Shown here: one piece after another, positions 51,859 to 63,872 of the stretch
Position numbering within the stretch: position 1 is the first letter of the stretch
Layout of the letters: each line of letters starts with the position of its first letter
Origin: Eledone cirrhosa
Taxonomy: Eukaryota
Assembly: GCA_964016885.1 (NCBI GenBank)
Contig: OZ024759.1
Coordinates: forward strand, 17,980,001 to 18,044,000
Direction: 5' to 3'
Length of the DNA stretch: 64,000 nt
Made by a program: the position numbers and the translations under genes
Notes under the pieces: generated by a model
What the model saw: only the letters and a program-made list of their open reading frames with translations
What the model was told of the DNA's origin: nothing
The model's database searches: none

Positions 51859-52087
51859 TTAACCCTTTAGTATTTAAACCGACCATATCTGGCCAGAGTT
51901 CTGTCGCCTGTTGCTATTTAAACCGGCCATAATTGACTGCTCATACTGATGTTAAGGTATTGTTCTCAAAATTAATAACATCAAAATCTCATAGATTCGA
52001 TATTATGTGAGATAATTATGTAAGATAAAGCCTTTACCACAAAAATACAATAGTATATATAGAGTAATGTAAATGCTAAAGGGTTGA
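51859..52087. mobile_element. piggyBac-like MITE
   Basis: TTAA CCCTTTAG ... CTAAAGGG TTGA; homologous to 32638-32866. Confidence 0.78.
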
Positions 52088-52465
52088 ACAACTGAGAGTA
52101 CAAGACTCCTCCTTGGACAGGATGCCAATTCATCACAGGGTTAAACCCCCAGCAGTTTCTGGTACTCATTTTCAGCTGAGTATACTAGAGCAATGTGAAA
52201 TGAAGAGCTTTGCTCAAGAACACAACAAACAATCCAGACCAGGAATCCACCCCATGACATTATGATCTGAGGTCCGATACCTTTACTACTAGGCCACATG
52301 GCTCCACTTTATGTCCAGGTATTTGGAAATCTTCCACTGCTCTGTGTTACAGATGGCAGTACCCTGGTTTGTTATGACTGGCACTAAGGAAAGACCATTG
52401 ATGAAAAGTTGCTGCTATTATCATAGCTTTTACTTAAGTAATTACACTTTGTTATATATTTGGAA

Positions 52466-52655
52466 GGGCGGTGAATTGGCAGTATCGGCAGAGGGTTGGA
52501 CGCCATGTTTTCTAGCATAGTTACGTCCCTTTACAGTCTGAGTTCAAATCCCGCCGAGGTTAACTTTGCCTTTCATCCTTACGGGGTCGATAAAATAAAG
52601 TACCAGTAATGTACTGGGTAATAGCTGGCCTTGTGCCTAAAGTGGAAACAGTTAT
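52466..52655 (+). mobile_element. SINE family 1 copy
   Basis: A and B boxes and conserved body. Confidence 0.85.
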
Positions 52656-52880
52656 ATATTTGGAATAATGACATGCTTGCCTGTGTTTGGTGTATGTGTG
52701 AGGCAGAGAAAGAGAGATAGAGGTATATATAGAGAGATAGACCGACAGATAGAGACAGGGTGTTTGAGAGAGCAAGAGAGATAGTATATGTGTATGTTTG
52801 TGTGTATGTGTGTGTGAGAGAGAGCGAGAGTGAGAGAAAGGGTTTGTCGTTTATATGCATATGTATGTGTTTGTGTGTAA

Positions 52881-52940
<60 letters not shown>

Positions 52941-53817
52941 ATGCATGTGTTTGTGTGTGTGAGAGAGACAGTGAAAGACAGATAGAGACGGGAGAGTGAG
53001 GGATATATTGCATGTGTGTGCGTGAAAGAGAGTGAGAGAGAGCATGTGAGAGAAAGTGTTTGTCTGTTTATATGCATATATGTGTGTTTCTGTGTGAGGA
53101 TATATATATATATATATATATATATATGGATGCCTGTGTTTGTGTGTGTGACACTGTGTGTACTTGTGCATGAGACAGGGAGAGAGAGAGACAGACGAAG
53201 TGTATATATGTGTATATATGTGTATTAGTTGAGTTGATGGGGTGTCAGGATAACAGTTGAAGTGTAAATAATTCACATCCAGTTTGTTCTAGACACACTG
53301 TGTAATACAAGTGTTGTGATACTGTTTAGAAATGCCTGGAAACATATTGGCAGCTCAGCTCTAACTGGTTATGACTATGAGGGGTTTAATCCGTTCTTAG
53401 CCAGCTAAATTGGATGACCGGAACTGACCACCAAGGAAGATTCAATTGAATTATTTATGGTAAATGAAAAATCTCCCTCTGTGTATGTGTGTGTATGTGC
53501 GTACATCATGATAACTGTCTTAAATGATTACTTTACCATTTGCTAATTAGGCATTCTGACGAGCCAGAGTAATTGAGGAAGGTTTGATAATCTGCAAATG
53601 TCAGTCAGTCAATAGTTTTGTAAGAGTGATCGTAAGTGGGAGGCAAACTCTATTGAAGGGCGGCTTAATTGATTCAAAGACAGTCTAACATTTTCTAGAT
53701 GTATTTTACTGCTGAGAGTTGCAATAATGCATTCTTAGGTGTGACCTCATCACTCCTGTATTAATTATCAGCTTATGTCTAATATCAGTTGACAGCTTAT
53801 ATCTGTAGTTGTGATAG

Positions 53818-54410
53818 TTAACCCTTTTGTTAGCATATTTCTTATGGAAAACTCTGGCTGTGATTTTCAAAGAGTTTTGAAAATATTCATGGATTTGGAG
53901 AGGTTGAAGAAGAGGTTATTGTATAAAATCATGATGGAAGACTTTTAAATCAATATAAAAAAACTTTAACCCTTTCATTACCATATTTGTTCCGAAAGAT
54001 ACTACTTATGATTTCAACTTTGATAATATTCAAGAATTTTTTAGTGATTAACTAATATAAATATCCTTCTCATCATTAAACAAGCAAGTATTTGGAACAT
54101 AACTTAAGAAACGATTCTTGCATAAAATTATGATGAAGAGGTTTTAGATAAATATAAACACATTAATCCTTTTATTACCATAAATATTGTGAAGGATAGT
54201 GCCAATGATTTTCAAATAATTTCAAAGTTAAAAAAATTTAAGATTTAATAACATTATCAAGCTTGTGTTTGAATTTAGTAGCATTATTTAGCTGGCATTT
54301 GGAGCGTAACTTAACAAAGGTTTCATATAAAATTACGACGGAAAGTTTTTTGAAAAATATGTGTTAGAGTGTTTATCATCTTTACTGAAAATAGATGTTA
54401 AATGGTGGTT
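53818..54410. repeat. Degenerate tandem of TTAACCCTTT-initiated units (MITE-end derived)
   Basis: Units start near 53818, 53967 and 54163 and share the ATAAAAT..TGATG(G)AAG motif. Confidence 0.5.
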
Positions 54411-54539
54411 ATTATAATCTCTAAAACAAGCAGTTGGGCTGGGTATATTTATTAGGTCACAAGCACTACCACTTTACAGGGTGGGCTTAGTACATTGATC
54501 ATGACATCAGCATTACCTCTTTACATTGTGTACTGGGTG

Positions 54540-55285
54540 CATTTTATTTTGACACCAGCACTACCACATTACAAGGTGGGCTGGTACATTTGTCATGGCA
54601 CCAGCACTACCACATTACAGTGTGGGCTGGTGCATTTATCATGGCACCAGCACTACCACATTACAAGGTGGGCTGGTCCATTTATCATGGCACCAGCACT
54701 ACCACTATACAGTGTGGGCTGGTCCATTTATCATGGCACCATCACTACCACTATACAGTGTGGGCTGGTCCATTTATCATGGCACCAGCACTACCACTAT
54801 ACAGTGTGGGCTGGTCCATTTATCATGGCACCAGCACTACCACTATACAGTGTGGGCTGGTCCATTTATCATGGCACCAGCACTACCACTATACAGTGTG
54901 GGCTGGTGCATTTATCATGACACCAGCACTACCACATTACAGTGTGGGCTGGTGCATTTATCATGGCACCAGCACTACCACATTACAAGGTGGGCTGGTC
55001 CATTTATCATGGCACCAGCACTACCACTATACAGTGTGGGCTGGTGCATTTATCATGACACCAGCACTACCACATTACAGTGTGGGCAGGTGCATTTATC
55101 ATGGCACCAGCACTACCACATTACAAGGTGGGCTGGTCCATTTATCATGGCACCAGCACTACCACTATACAGTGTGGGCTGGTGCATTTATCCTGGCCTC
55201 AGCACTACCACATTACACTGTGGGCAGGTCCATTTAACATGGCACCTTCACTGCTACTATACAGGGTAGGCTGGTCCATTTATTG
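54540..55285. repeat. 45-bp minisatellite (about 16 units), RTE-3'UTR-related
   Basis: Unit ATGGCACCAGCACTACCAC(AT/TA)TACAGTGTGGGCTGGT(C/G)CATTTATC; related to 2880-3340 and 3960-4335. Confidence 0.9.
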
Positions 55286-55741
55286 CTATTATTTGTATAT
55301 TTTCCTTTGATTTTGCTCATATGCAATGACTATGGAGTCTCGACCAGATACTTGGGGCATGTATCGTTGGTTTTGACAGATTTTAATCACTTTAATTTTT
55401 CCACTTTTTTAAGGGGAGTCGATTAAATCAACCCCAGTGCATTACTGATACTTTATTTTATGGATTCATCATTACAGGTGTTGATAAAATAAAGCACCAG
55501 TAACAAACTGGAGTCGATTTAATCAACTTTCTCCCCTCCCCCCAAATTGATGGTCTTGTGCCTAAATCAGAAACCATTCTTCTTCTTATTTTTATTGTTT
55601 TTCCTTTTCCTTCAGTATTGTTTCTGATATATGCCAAGTGTCTTCCAGACTCCTAGGGCAATAAATTCACTGTATACATTGGTAAGCCAGTTAACACACC
55701 ACATTGAATATCATTTACTGCTGCTTATCATTCTTACAGAG

Positions 55742-56238
55742 CATTGGTTCCCAACCAGGGGGCCATGGCCCACCAGTGGGCCATAGGTAGTTACTGGGGG
55801 AGCCACGGGAATTAACTAAAAATCACAATATTTCATACATAAAAAAGAAGAGTAGTTTCCTAACATAATTTTTTCTTTTTCTTGCTTCAAATTTTTATAT
55901 TCAACTTTTTATCAACTTTCTACCTTTTCTAATTATGATTTCACTTCACTTGATAATTATTTAAATCTGGATATAACAATTTATGTTTTAGTAAATAAAC
56001 TTAGTAAAGAAACTTATTTTTATAACAGGATATATATTATTTATTTTAGTAAATTTTAGTGAAGTTTATAATAAATTTAAAATGATTTGATTGAAATAAA
56101 AAGACATGCCGAAATTATTTCTACATAAAAAAATTATATCAAAAATTTTAATTTTTTTTTTTGGGGGGGGGGGGGGGGGGCATACCATTTTGCTATATTA
56201 TTAAGGTGGAATTTATTATAAAAGGTTGGGAACCTCTG
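55742..56238. mobile_element. Non-autonomous hAT element (MITE)
   Basis: TIRs CATTGGTTCCCAACC / GGTTGGGAACCTCTG; perfect 8-bp TSD TTACAGAG at 55734-55741 and 56239-56246. Confidence 0.9.
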
Positions 56239-56321
56239 TTACAGAGGGATATCATTCTTACAGAGATAGTATCTACTCTCACACACACACAACCACACAA
56301 AGGGGGAGGGGTATCATTCTC

Positions 56322-56470
56322 ACAGAGATAGTGCTTTTCTCAATACTTGTGGAATACCAGTCAAAACAATTTTCTTGCTGAGAGGGTAAACCAGGAATCA
56401 TTCACAAATACTGTTCTGTTCCTTTCTTGATCATTCCCAGTGCTTCCACAATCACTGGTATTGTAATGGC
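56322..56470 (-). pseudogene. R4/Dong-like LINE extreme C-terminus remnant
   Basis: Minus strand reads IPVIVEALGMIKKGTEQYL..IPGLPS..KIVLTGIPQVLRKALS. Confidence 0.6.
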
Positions 56471-56489
56471 ACAGACAGTAGATGTTTCA

Positions 56490-56960
56490 GTATATACTGT
56501 ATTATATGTACAAGGCCCTTGAGGCTAATAAAGAAATTATTATTATTTTTCTTGTTATTTTGTTATTGTCATTTATATTTTTTCTCGATTTTTATGTAAA
56601 ACCCCCACTGTCCTTGTCTATTCTATTGTCCCCTATATGTCGGACCTTGTGGCCAATAAAAAAAACAATTATCATTATTATACCCTGAGCATATGCCTGT
56701 AGTACTGTAGGAGGAAAACTAGAAGAGGGCGCTTGCCCTAGCGGTCAGGGTAACCGTGGCTTTTTTTGTGGGCTTTCTCCACGAGTGACCCTCGGAAGTC
56801 TCCCTCCTATTGGGGAATTTTTCCTCGTTTCGTTTTTGATACATCCTTGGCTTTTGTTTTTTGTACTTTCCTGTACCGTCCTGTGCTGTCCTTAATGTTA
56901 TACTTTCTGTCAACCCTTGTGGTTAATAAAGAAAGCATTATTATTATCATTATTATTATT
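56490..56960 (+). mobile_element. Three stacked Tx1-like 3' ends in (ATT)n
   Basis: Each ends CCTTG(A/T)GG..AATAAA(G/A)AAA followed by ATT repeats. TTTATGTAAAACCCCC is shared with the 515-570 Tx1 3' UTR. Confidence 0.55.
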
Positions 56961-56969
56961 ATTAACTTT

Positions 56970-57285
56970 AGGTGGTGGATTGGCAGTATCGGTAGAGGGT
57001 CGGGCGCCATGCTTTGAAGCATAGTTACCTCCCTTTATGATCTGAGTTCAAATCCCGCCGAGGTTAACTTTGCCTTTCATCCTTACATAGTCGATAAAAT
57101 AAAGTACCAGTAATGCACTGGGATAATTGCTGGCCTGGAGCCAAAAGTAGAAACAATTATTATTATGAACTTTGCCTTTCATCCTTACAGGGTTGATAAA
57201 ATAAAGTACCAGTAATACACTAGGTAATTGCTGGCCTTGTGCCAAAAGTAGAAATAATTTTTATTATTATTATTTTTATTATTAC

Positions 57286-57319
<34 letters not shown>

Positions 57320-57320
57320 T
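56970..57320 (+). mobile_element. SINE family 1 full copy plus duplicated 3' half with expanded (ATT)n tail
   Basis: Head at 56970, second body from 57168, tail runs up to the exon acceptor. Confidence 0.85.
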
Positions 57321-57329
57321 ATATTCCAG

Positions 57330-57522
57330 ATGAACAAGAAAATCGTAATGCATTTTTGAAGCATTTCGAAGAACAATTGGATATCTATGAAAAGATCTCT
57401 GTAGTAACCTTGGTGGAACTGACAGGTAAAGAGCAAGTGATTGGAAATGCCTACCTGGACCGGATTCTTGATTTTAACTCCAAAGACTTGAAATACATAA
57501 CGTTTGACTTCCATGAATACTG
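57330..57522 (+). CDS. INPP5F: Internal exon of a SAC-domain phosphoinositide phosphatase, SAC2/INPP5F-like
   Basis: Acceptor TTCCAG (ends 57329), donor GTAAGT (57523). Encodes EQENRNAFLKHFEEQLDIYEKISVVTLVELTGKEQVIGNAYLDRILDFNSKDLKYITFDFHEY(C), matching from memory the vertebrate INPP5F segment HFEEQLNIYKKQVIINLVDQAGREKIIGDAYL...YVSFDFHEHC. Phase 1 start, phase 2 end. Confidence 0.88.
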
Positions 57523-57570
57523 GTAAGTTTGTGTTCTATCATTTACTCTCTCCCTTTCTCCCCCTTTCTT

Positions 57571-57625
<55 letters not shown>

Positions 57626-57639
57626 AATTGCTGTCCTTG

Positions 57640-59170
57640 GGCCTAAATTAGAAATGATTATGATTTTAATTTAGGCCCAAGGCAAGTAAATTTTGGGAAA
57701 GGGCAAAGTTGATTACATCAACTCCAGTACTTCTTTGGTACTTTCCATTTTTAACCCACGGAGGGATGAAAGGCAAAGTTGACCTCTGCCAGATTTGAAC
57801 TCAGAAAGTAAAGAGCCAAAATAAAAGCTGCAATGGCATTTTATCTGTTGCTCTACTGTTTTTGCCAATTCACCACCTTCAATGATTTCTAATCTAGGCA
57901 TAAGGCCAGCAAATTAAGGAAAAAGGCAAAGTTGATTAAATTGACCCCAATATCTGACAGGTACTTTATTTTATTGACCTTGGAGGGATGCAAGGTCAAG
58001 TTGACCTTGTTGGAATTGAAATTCAAAATGTAATGGGTCAGAAAAAGTACTCAAATGGCATTTTATCCAATGCCCCACCAATTCTTCCAAACCACTGCTC
58101 TTATGGTTATCATATTTATGAAAATACCTTGTAGTAAAGGTGGTGAATTGGCAGAATCATTAACAGCATCAAGACGACATGCCTTACGGTGTTTCATTGC
58201 TGCTCTTTGAGTTTATATCCTGTTGAGGTCAACTTTGCTTTTCAACCTTCCAGATAATCAATGAATTAAACCAGCATTTAAGTCCTGCAGTCAAAATAAT
58301 TAACTTTCCCCATCCTCGTCATATTTTCCAACCTTGTGCTGAAATTCATAACAGTTTTACTCTGGCAGATGTTATACTGACACTATATCAACAGAGCAAG
58401 CCATAGCCAATGGCCAAGTGTCCTTTGGGTCATTCTTTCTCTTTCAACTTTCTAAAACTTTCCTTAGAATCCTTGCTGTAGAGCATCAGACACCATCCTT
58501 TGCAGCATAGAGTTAAGCCCTTTACGTTCTGAGTTAAAATCCCGCTGAGGTTAACTTTGCCTTTCATCCTTACGGGGTCGATAAAATAAAGTACCAGTAA
58601 TGCACTGGGGTAATTGCCAAAAGTAGAAACAATTATTATTATTATTGTGGATTGACAGTATCGGTAAAATAAAGTACCAGTCGTGCACTGGGGTCGATTT
58701 AATCAACTTTCCTCTCCGCCAAAATTGCTGGCCTTGTGCCTATATAAGAAACTATTATTATTATTATCCTGTCCTCTCTCAGGATTGATCAAATTATCTT
58801 TCTTCTCCTGCTAATTTATATCCTTGTTCCTAAAGTAGAAGCAATTATTTTCCAAGGTTCACTTTTGCCTTTCATCCTTCTAGGGATTGATAAAATAAAG
58901 TACCAGTCATATACTGGTACTGATAGAATTACCTTTCCTCTCCTCCAAATTTCTAACCTTGTACCGAAACTAGAAGCAAATATTTACCATGGTCGATTTT
59001 TGCCCTTCATCTTTCCAGGGATTTTAAAATAAAGTATGAATCAACTGCAAGGGTTATTATAATTGATTTTACTCTCCCCACAAAATTGCTGGCCTTGTGC
59101 CTAAATTTAAATTAAGAACTATTATTAATGTTTACTGTGGTAAAGTTATTTCAGGGACTGGCCTTGTGCC
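57640..59170. mobile_element. Cluster of SINE family 1 copies and fragments on both strands
   Basis: Repeated GCCTTTCATCC / GATAAAATAAAGTACCAG / GGCCTTGTGCC motifs. Confidence 0.75.
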
Positions 59171-59373
59171 ATTGTAAAAATTAATAAAAAACAAATATTA
59201 ACAAAGAAATCATCATTAATTATGTATTTCCTCTGTGGAAAATAAAGCATTTTTTTTTAATTCTGGAAGATCATCAAAGACCCCATCAGACAAAAATAAA
59301 AAAGATTAAAAATGAAAATACAAAAAAAAAAAATTCTGATCAATAACATCCATATATATATACATATATATAT

Positions 59374-59417
<44 letters not shown>

Positions 59418-59784
59418 TATTTACCTACAAAACTAATTATGGATATATATGTGTGTGTGTATGTATGTAGGTATATATATATATATATATACCTACATAC
59501 ATACACACATATATATATATATATATATATGTATATGTATGTAGATAGATATATATATACATACATACGCATATATATATATATATATATGTATGCAGGT
59601 ATATATATATATATATACCTACATACATACACACATATATATATACATCCATAATTAGTTTTGTAGGTAAATAAACAAGTTATATTTATTTTTAAGCTGA
59701 AGAGACTTGAATTAAAGGAATATGCTTTTATATCAGCATATCGTTCAGTCTTCTGAGATCCTTTGAAGTGAAAGGTACGAATTT

Positions 59785-59863
59785 CCTGGATATGCGCAGA
59801 AGAGCACAGGAATTCTGGCTTTCACTTAATAATTCTTGCGAAACAGATTTAGATCTGTCCAGG
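59785..59863 (+). ncRNA. Degenerate hammerhead-like motif
   Basis: Core CAGAAGA (U4 lost), stem II GCA..GGAATT/AATTCTTGC, GAAA, stem III CAGAT/ATCTG, GUC, CCTG/CAGG offset stem I. Confidence 0.4.
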
Positions 59864-60139
59864 TATCAAAGGCTGTTGCCCGATATAGGTTTGTTATTTT
59901 TATTGATTTATTACTTTAAATCAAGTCAGGCAAAGCATATTGTTTTAAATTAGTATTTTTTCAACCTATCTAACTTGGTCATTTGCAATTGGAACACGTG
60001 TATACTTGTATCTGTGTTCATCCCTCTCCTATATCCAATTATATTACACGGCTTGGAAAGATTGTGAATCCAATTCTCTAACGAGTCAGCCACACATGCC
60101 TTCACTACTTTATATATATATACTTTATATATATATATA

Positions 60140-60497
60140 TGGAGGCACATGGTTTAGTGGTTGGAGCATTGGCCTTACAATCGAAAGGTTGTGAGTTCAC
60201 TTCTCAGACTGGGTGATGTGTTGTTTCCTTGAGCAAGACAATTTATTTCACGTTGCTCCAGTTTACTCAGCTGTAGAAATGAGATGATAGGGACTGGGGA
60301 GGGACTGGGGTCCCTATCATTCCACTGTAAAGTGGACGTGTAGGTGCCACAGAAAAAAAGCACCCAGCACTCACTGAAAATGAGGTTGGTGTTAGGAAGG
60401 GCATCCAGCTGTAGAAATCAAGCCAGAATCAGTTGCCGTCCCACCCTTGCAAGCAGGGAGAAGCGGACGTAAAATGAAATGTTGATGATGGTGATGA
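60140..60497 (+). mobile_element. SINE family 2 copy
   Basis: Near-identical to 36219-36556. Confidence 0.88.
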
Positions 60498-60520
60498 TAT
60501 ATATATATATATATATATAA

Positions 60521-60594
60521 GGAAAAGAAATCGAAAATGCAACTGGAGTCTTTTTATGAATAAAGACACCAGTTGCATTTTCGATTTCTTTTCC
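60521..60594. repeat. Near-perfect hairpin
   Basis: GGAAAAGAAATCGAAAATGCAACTGG.GTCTTT / AAAGAC.CCAGTTGCATTTTCGATTTCTTTTCC. Confidence 0.85.
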
Positions 60595-60772
60595 TCTGAC
60601 TTTCACCCATGTAGGACATCTCGTTTTTTTTCTTTTTCTTCTGATTTATTTATATATATATATATATGTATGTATATATATGTATCGAAAAATATTCTTA
60701 CTTGTATATATACATATATGTATGTGTATGTATATATACATATATATATGTATGTATGCATATATATGTATG

Positions 60773-60807
<35 letters not shown>

Positions 60808-60808
60808 G

Positions 60809-60843
<35 letters not shown>

Positions 60844-60844
60844 G

Positions 60845-60888
<44 letters not shown>

Positions 60889-60920
60889 TGCATGTATATA
60901 TATACATATATATATGTATG

Positions 60921-60972
<52 letters not shown>

Positions 60973-61071
60973 TATATGTATGTATGTATATATATACATA
61001 TATATATGTATATATATACATACATACATACATACATACATGTATATATATACATATATATATGTATGTAT

Positions 61072-61109
<38 letters not shown>

Positions 61110-61155
61110 GTATGTATATATATACATACATACATACATATATATATGTATGTAT

Positions 61156-61193
<38 letters not shown>

Positions 61194-61258
61194 GTATGTA
61201 TATATATACATACATACATACATACATACATGTATATATATACATATATATATGTATG

Positions 61259-61301
<43 letters not shown>

Positions 61302-61306
61302 GTATG

Positions 61307-61351
<45 letters not shown>

Positions 61352-61489
61352 GTATATATATACATATATATATATGTATGTATATATATACATATATATA
61401 TATGTATGTATATATATACATATATATATATGTATGTATGTATATAAATACATATATATATGTATGTATATATATATATATACATATAT

Positions 61490-61885
61490 GACCCCTTAGC
61501 CTTTGTCAAGGCAGAATTCTAGGAGAAGGAAAACTCTGATATAACACCTGCAACCCTGATGGTATCCAATGATGTTGACTTGTTCTTCTTTTTGGTAAAT
61601 ATCATCTTGGTCAAGAGAGTGGGACTGGCTTTGTGCACTGCCTTTGCTCACTATAAAAGCTTCATGGCACAGGCATTGCTTTATATCTGGAGATCTCTCT
61701 GCACTTGTTGTCACATGGGACCAGCACTATGTGTCAATGATTATCACAAGTGTAATGTTTGTACCAGAGTTTTCAAGTCGCTGGCTGGACTAAAAAGTCA
61801 CACACGTTCAGCGCATCGGTATGGGTTCTCCTACATGAATATAAAGTAGTGGCCGTACTCGAAAACGAGTTGGCAGCCACCATAT
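61490..61885 (+). pseudogene. LINE C-terminal remnant with a C2H2 zinc finger
   Basis: CNVCTRVFKSLAGLKSHTRSAH at the end of a broken frame, between TA tracts; single terminal C2H2 fingers occur in some RTE-group LINEs. Confidence 0.5.
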
Positions 61886-63099
61886 ATATGTATGTATATA
61901 TATACATATATATATGTATATATACATATATATATGTATATATACATATCTATATGTATGTATGTATATATACATATATATATATGTATATATGTGGTTG
62001 GTGTTAGGAAGGGCATCCAGCTGTAGAAAACCCGCCAGACAGTCCACGCTGAAATGTGGCCGTGTAGGCAACACGGTAAAAACCTCCCAGCCCCACACTG
62101 TAAATGTGGTTGGTGTTAGGAAGGGCATCCAGCTGTAGAAAACCCGCCAGACAGTCCTATGCGAGCAAGACAATCACTCTTGCCTCAAGTGGGAAAACCC
62201 CCGTCGAAACCCATGCAAGCGTGGAACACGGACGTTAAACGTTGATGATGATGATGATGTATGTATGTATATATATATACATATATATATGTATGTATAT
62301 ATACATATATATATGTATATACACATATATATATGTATGTATATATACATATATATATACACTTATACACACACACAAATAGATATATATATGCCTGGAA
62401 CCCATTTCCCTATTATACCATCTTATAAAATATATCAGTGATTATGATCAAGTTGGCATCAATTCATGTTCATATTCAATTATTTATAGAATTAAGACTG
62501 CTCTCATTAGCTGCATTGATTAGTCATTAATTATTTATTGGCATTTGATAATTTAGATAAATAAAAATTACATCTTTTCGAACAATATATATATATATAT
62601 TTTTTTTTTTTCGTTTATTATCTATTTTCTTTCTTTTTTATTTCTTTTTCTTTTTTTCATTTATCATTTTTCTGGTGTTTTTTTTATTCATTATTTTTCT
62701 CCTTTTGTTTATTATTTTATATTTTTTCCCTTTTTTTTCAGTTATTATATTTATTCATTTATTTATTTTCTTGTTTGTTTGGTTTTTTTTTAATTTATTA
62801 ATCATTTTTTTCCATATATTATCTTTTTTTTTTTTTTTTTGATTTATTCTTATTTTCTTCCTATAATTTATTGCTAATAGTCTTGCAGACATATTTAACA
62901 TGAAATCTAGGTGATTCTGTTATCAATAACTTACCTCTATTTTGATAAAGTCATGTAGTCTAGTAGTTAGGCTGTTGGACTGCCAGTGATAAGATCCTGG
63001 TTTCAACTCCTTTGCTAAGTAGCATATTGTGTTTAGTGTTTTGACTGTACATATGAAAGAGAAGGAGCTGGCATACAATCTATAGAATGTACACAATGC

Positions 63100-63498
63100 A
63101 TGTCTTGGGTTCCACCACCAGTGTTCTCACAAGCCATTCCTCTACACCTAGTAGAAGGAAGATGCAGTAGAGGAAGACCACGGAAAACATGGTTGGAGGT
63201 GGTGAGAGCTGATCCCAGATTTCTGAAGCTCACAGAGGAGATGATAAAGGACCATGACAAATGGAAAGATGGTTTGCTGAAGAGGACCATCCCACCCTTG
63301 CAAGCAGGGAAAAGTGGACAAAAAAGGATGATGATGATGATCATCAGCTCAGTGAGGCACAGATACCTGTCCTTTCTGAGAGATCGGTACTGAGTCCGCT
63401 TCAGTACAAACTTGATCTCTGTAGACCCATCCGACCCTTGCAAGCAGTGGAAAGCGGACATAAAATGATGATGATGAGGAAGATGACGATGGTGATGG

Positions 63499-63538
<40 letters not shown>

Positions 63539-63648
63539 CAGGGAAACACAGATCCCTGTCCTGTCTGGGAGTTCGGTACTGACTCCGTTTCAGTACTGAC
63601 TTGATCTCTGTAGACCCATCCAACCCTTGCAAACAGGAAAAGTGGATA
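63100..63648 (+). mobile_element. RTE C-terminus followed by tandemly repeated 3' tails
   Basis: EGRCSRGRPRKTW motif; CCCTTGCAAGCAG..AAAG.GGAC tail repeated three times, separated by (GAT)n. Confidence 0.75.
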
Positions 63649-63872
63649 TTAACCCTTTAGTATTCACATTACTCTATATATACTGTTATAATTTCATGGT
63701 AAAGGCTTTACCTCACATAATTATCTCACATAATATTGAATCTATGAGATTTTGAAAGTATTTATTTTGAAAACAATACCTCAATTTGAGCGCGACCGGT
63801 TATAGCCAGGTTCAACAGAAAGAGGTAGAAAATTCTGGCCGGTTTTGGCCGGTTTGAACATTAAAGGGTTAA
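63649..63872. mobile_element. piggyBac-like MITE
   Basis: TTAA CCCTTTAG ... TTAAAGGG TTAA; inserted in an RTE tail. Confidence 0.8.

Noticed and set aside
53551-53603. Hammerhead-like GCATT CTGACGA ... AATGT
   Set aside because: The GAAA box is corrupted (GATA) and there is no valid UH site; too degenerate to call.
55616-55681. Exon-like segment (TTTTCCTTCAG ... G/GTAAGC) upstream of the INPP5F exon
   Set aside because: Stops in all three frames and no SAC similarity; at most a non-coding or poison exon.
60556-61509. Long Y/I/M/C-rich ORFs (also 36233-39391, 43550-44035, 52579-53276)
   Set aside because: Translations of (TA)n/(TATG)n microsatellites.
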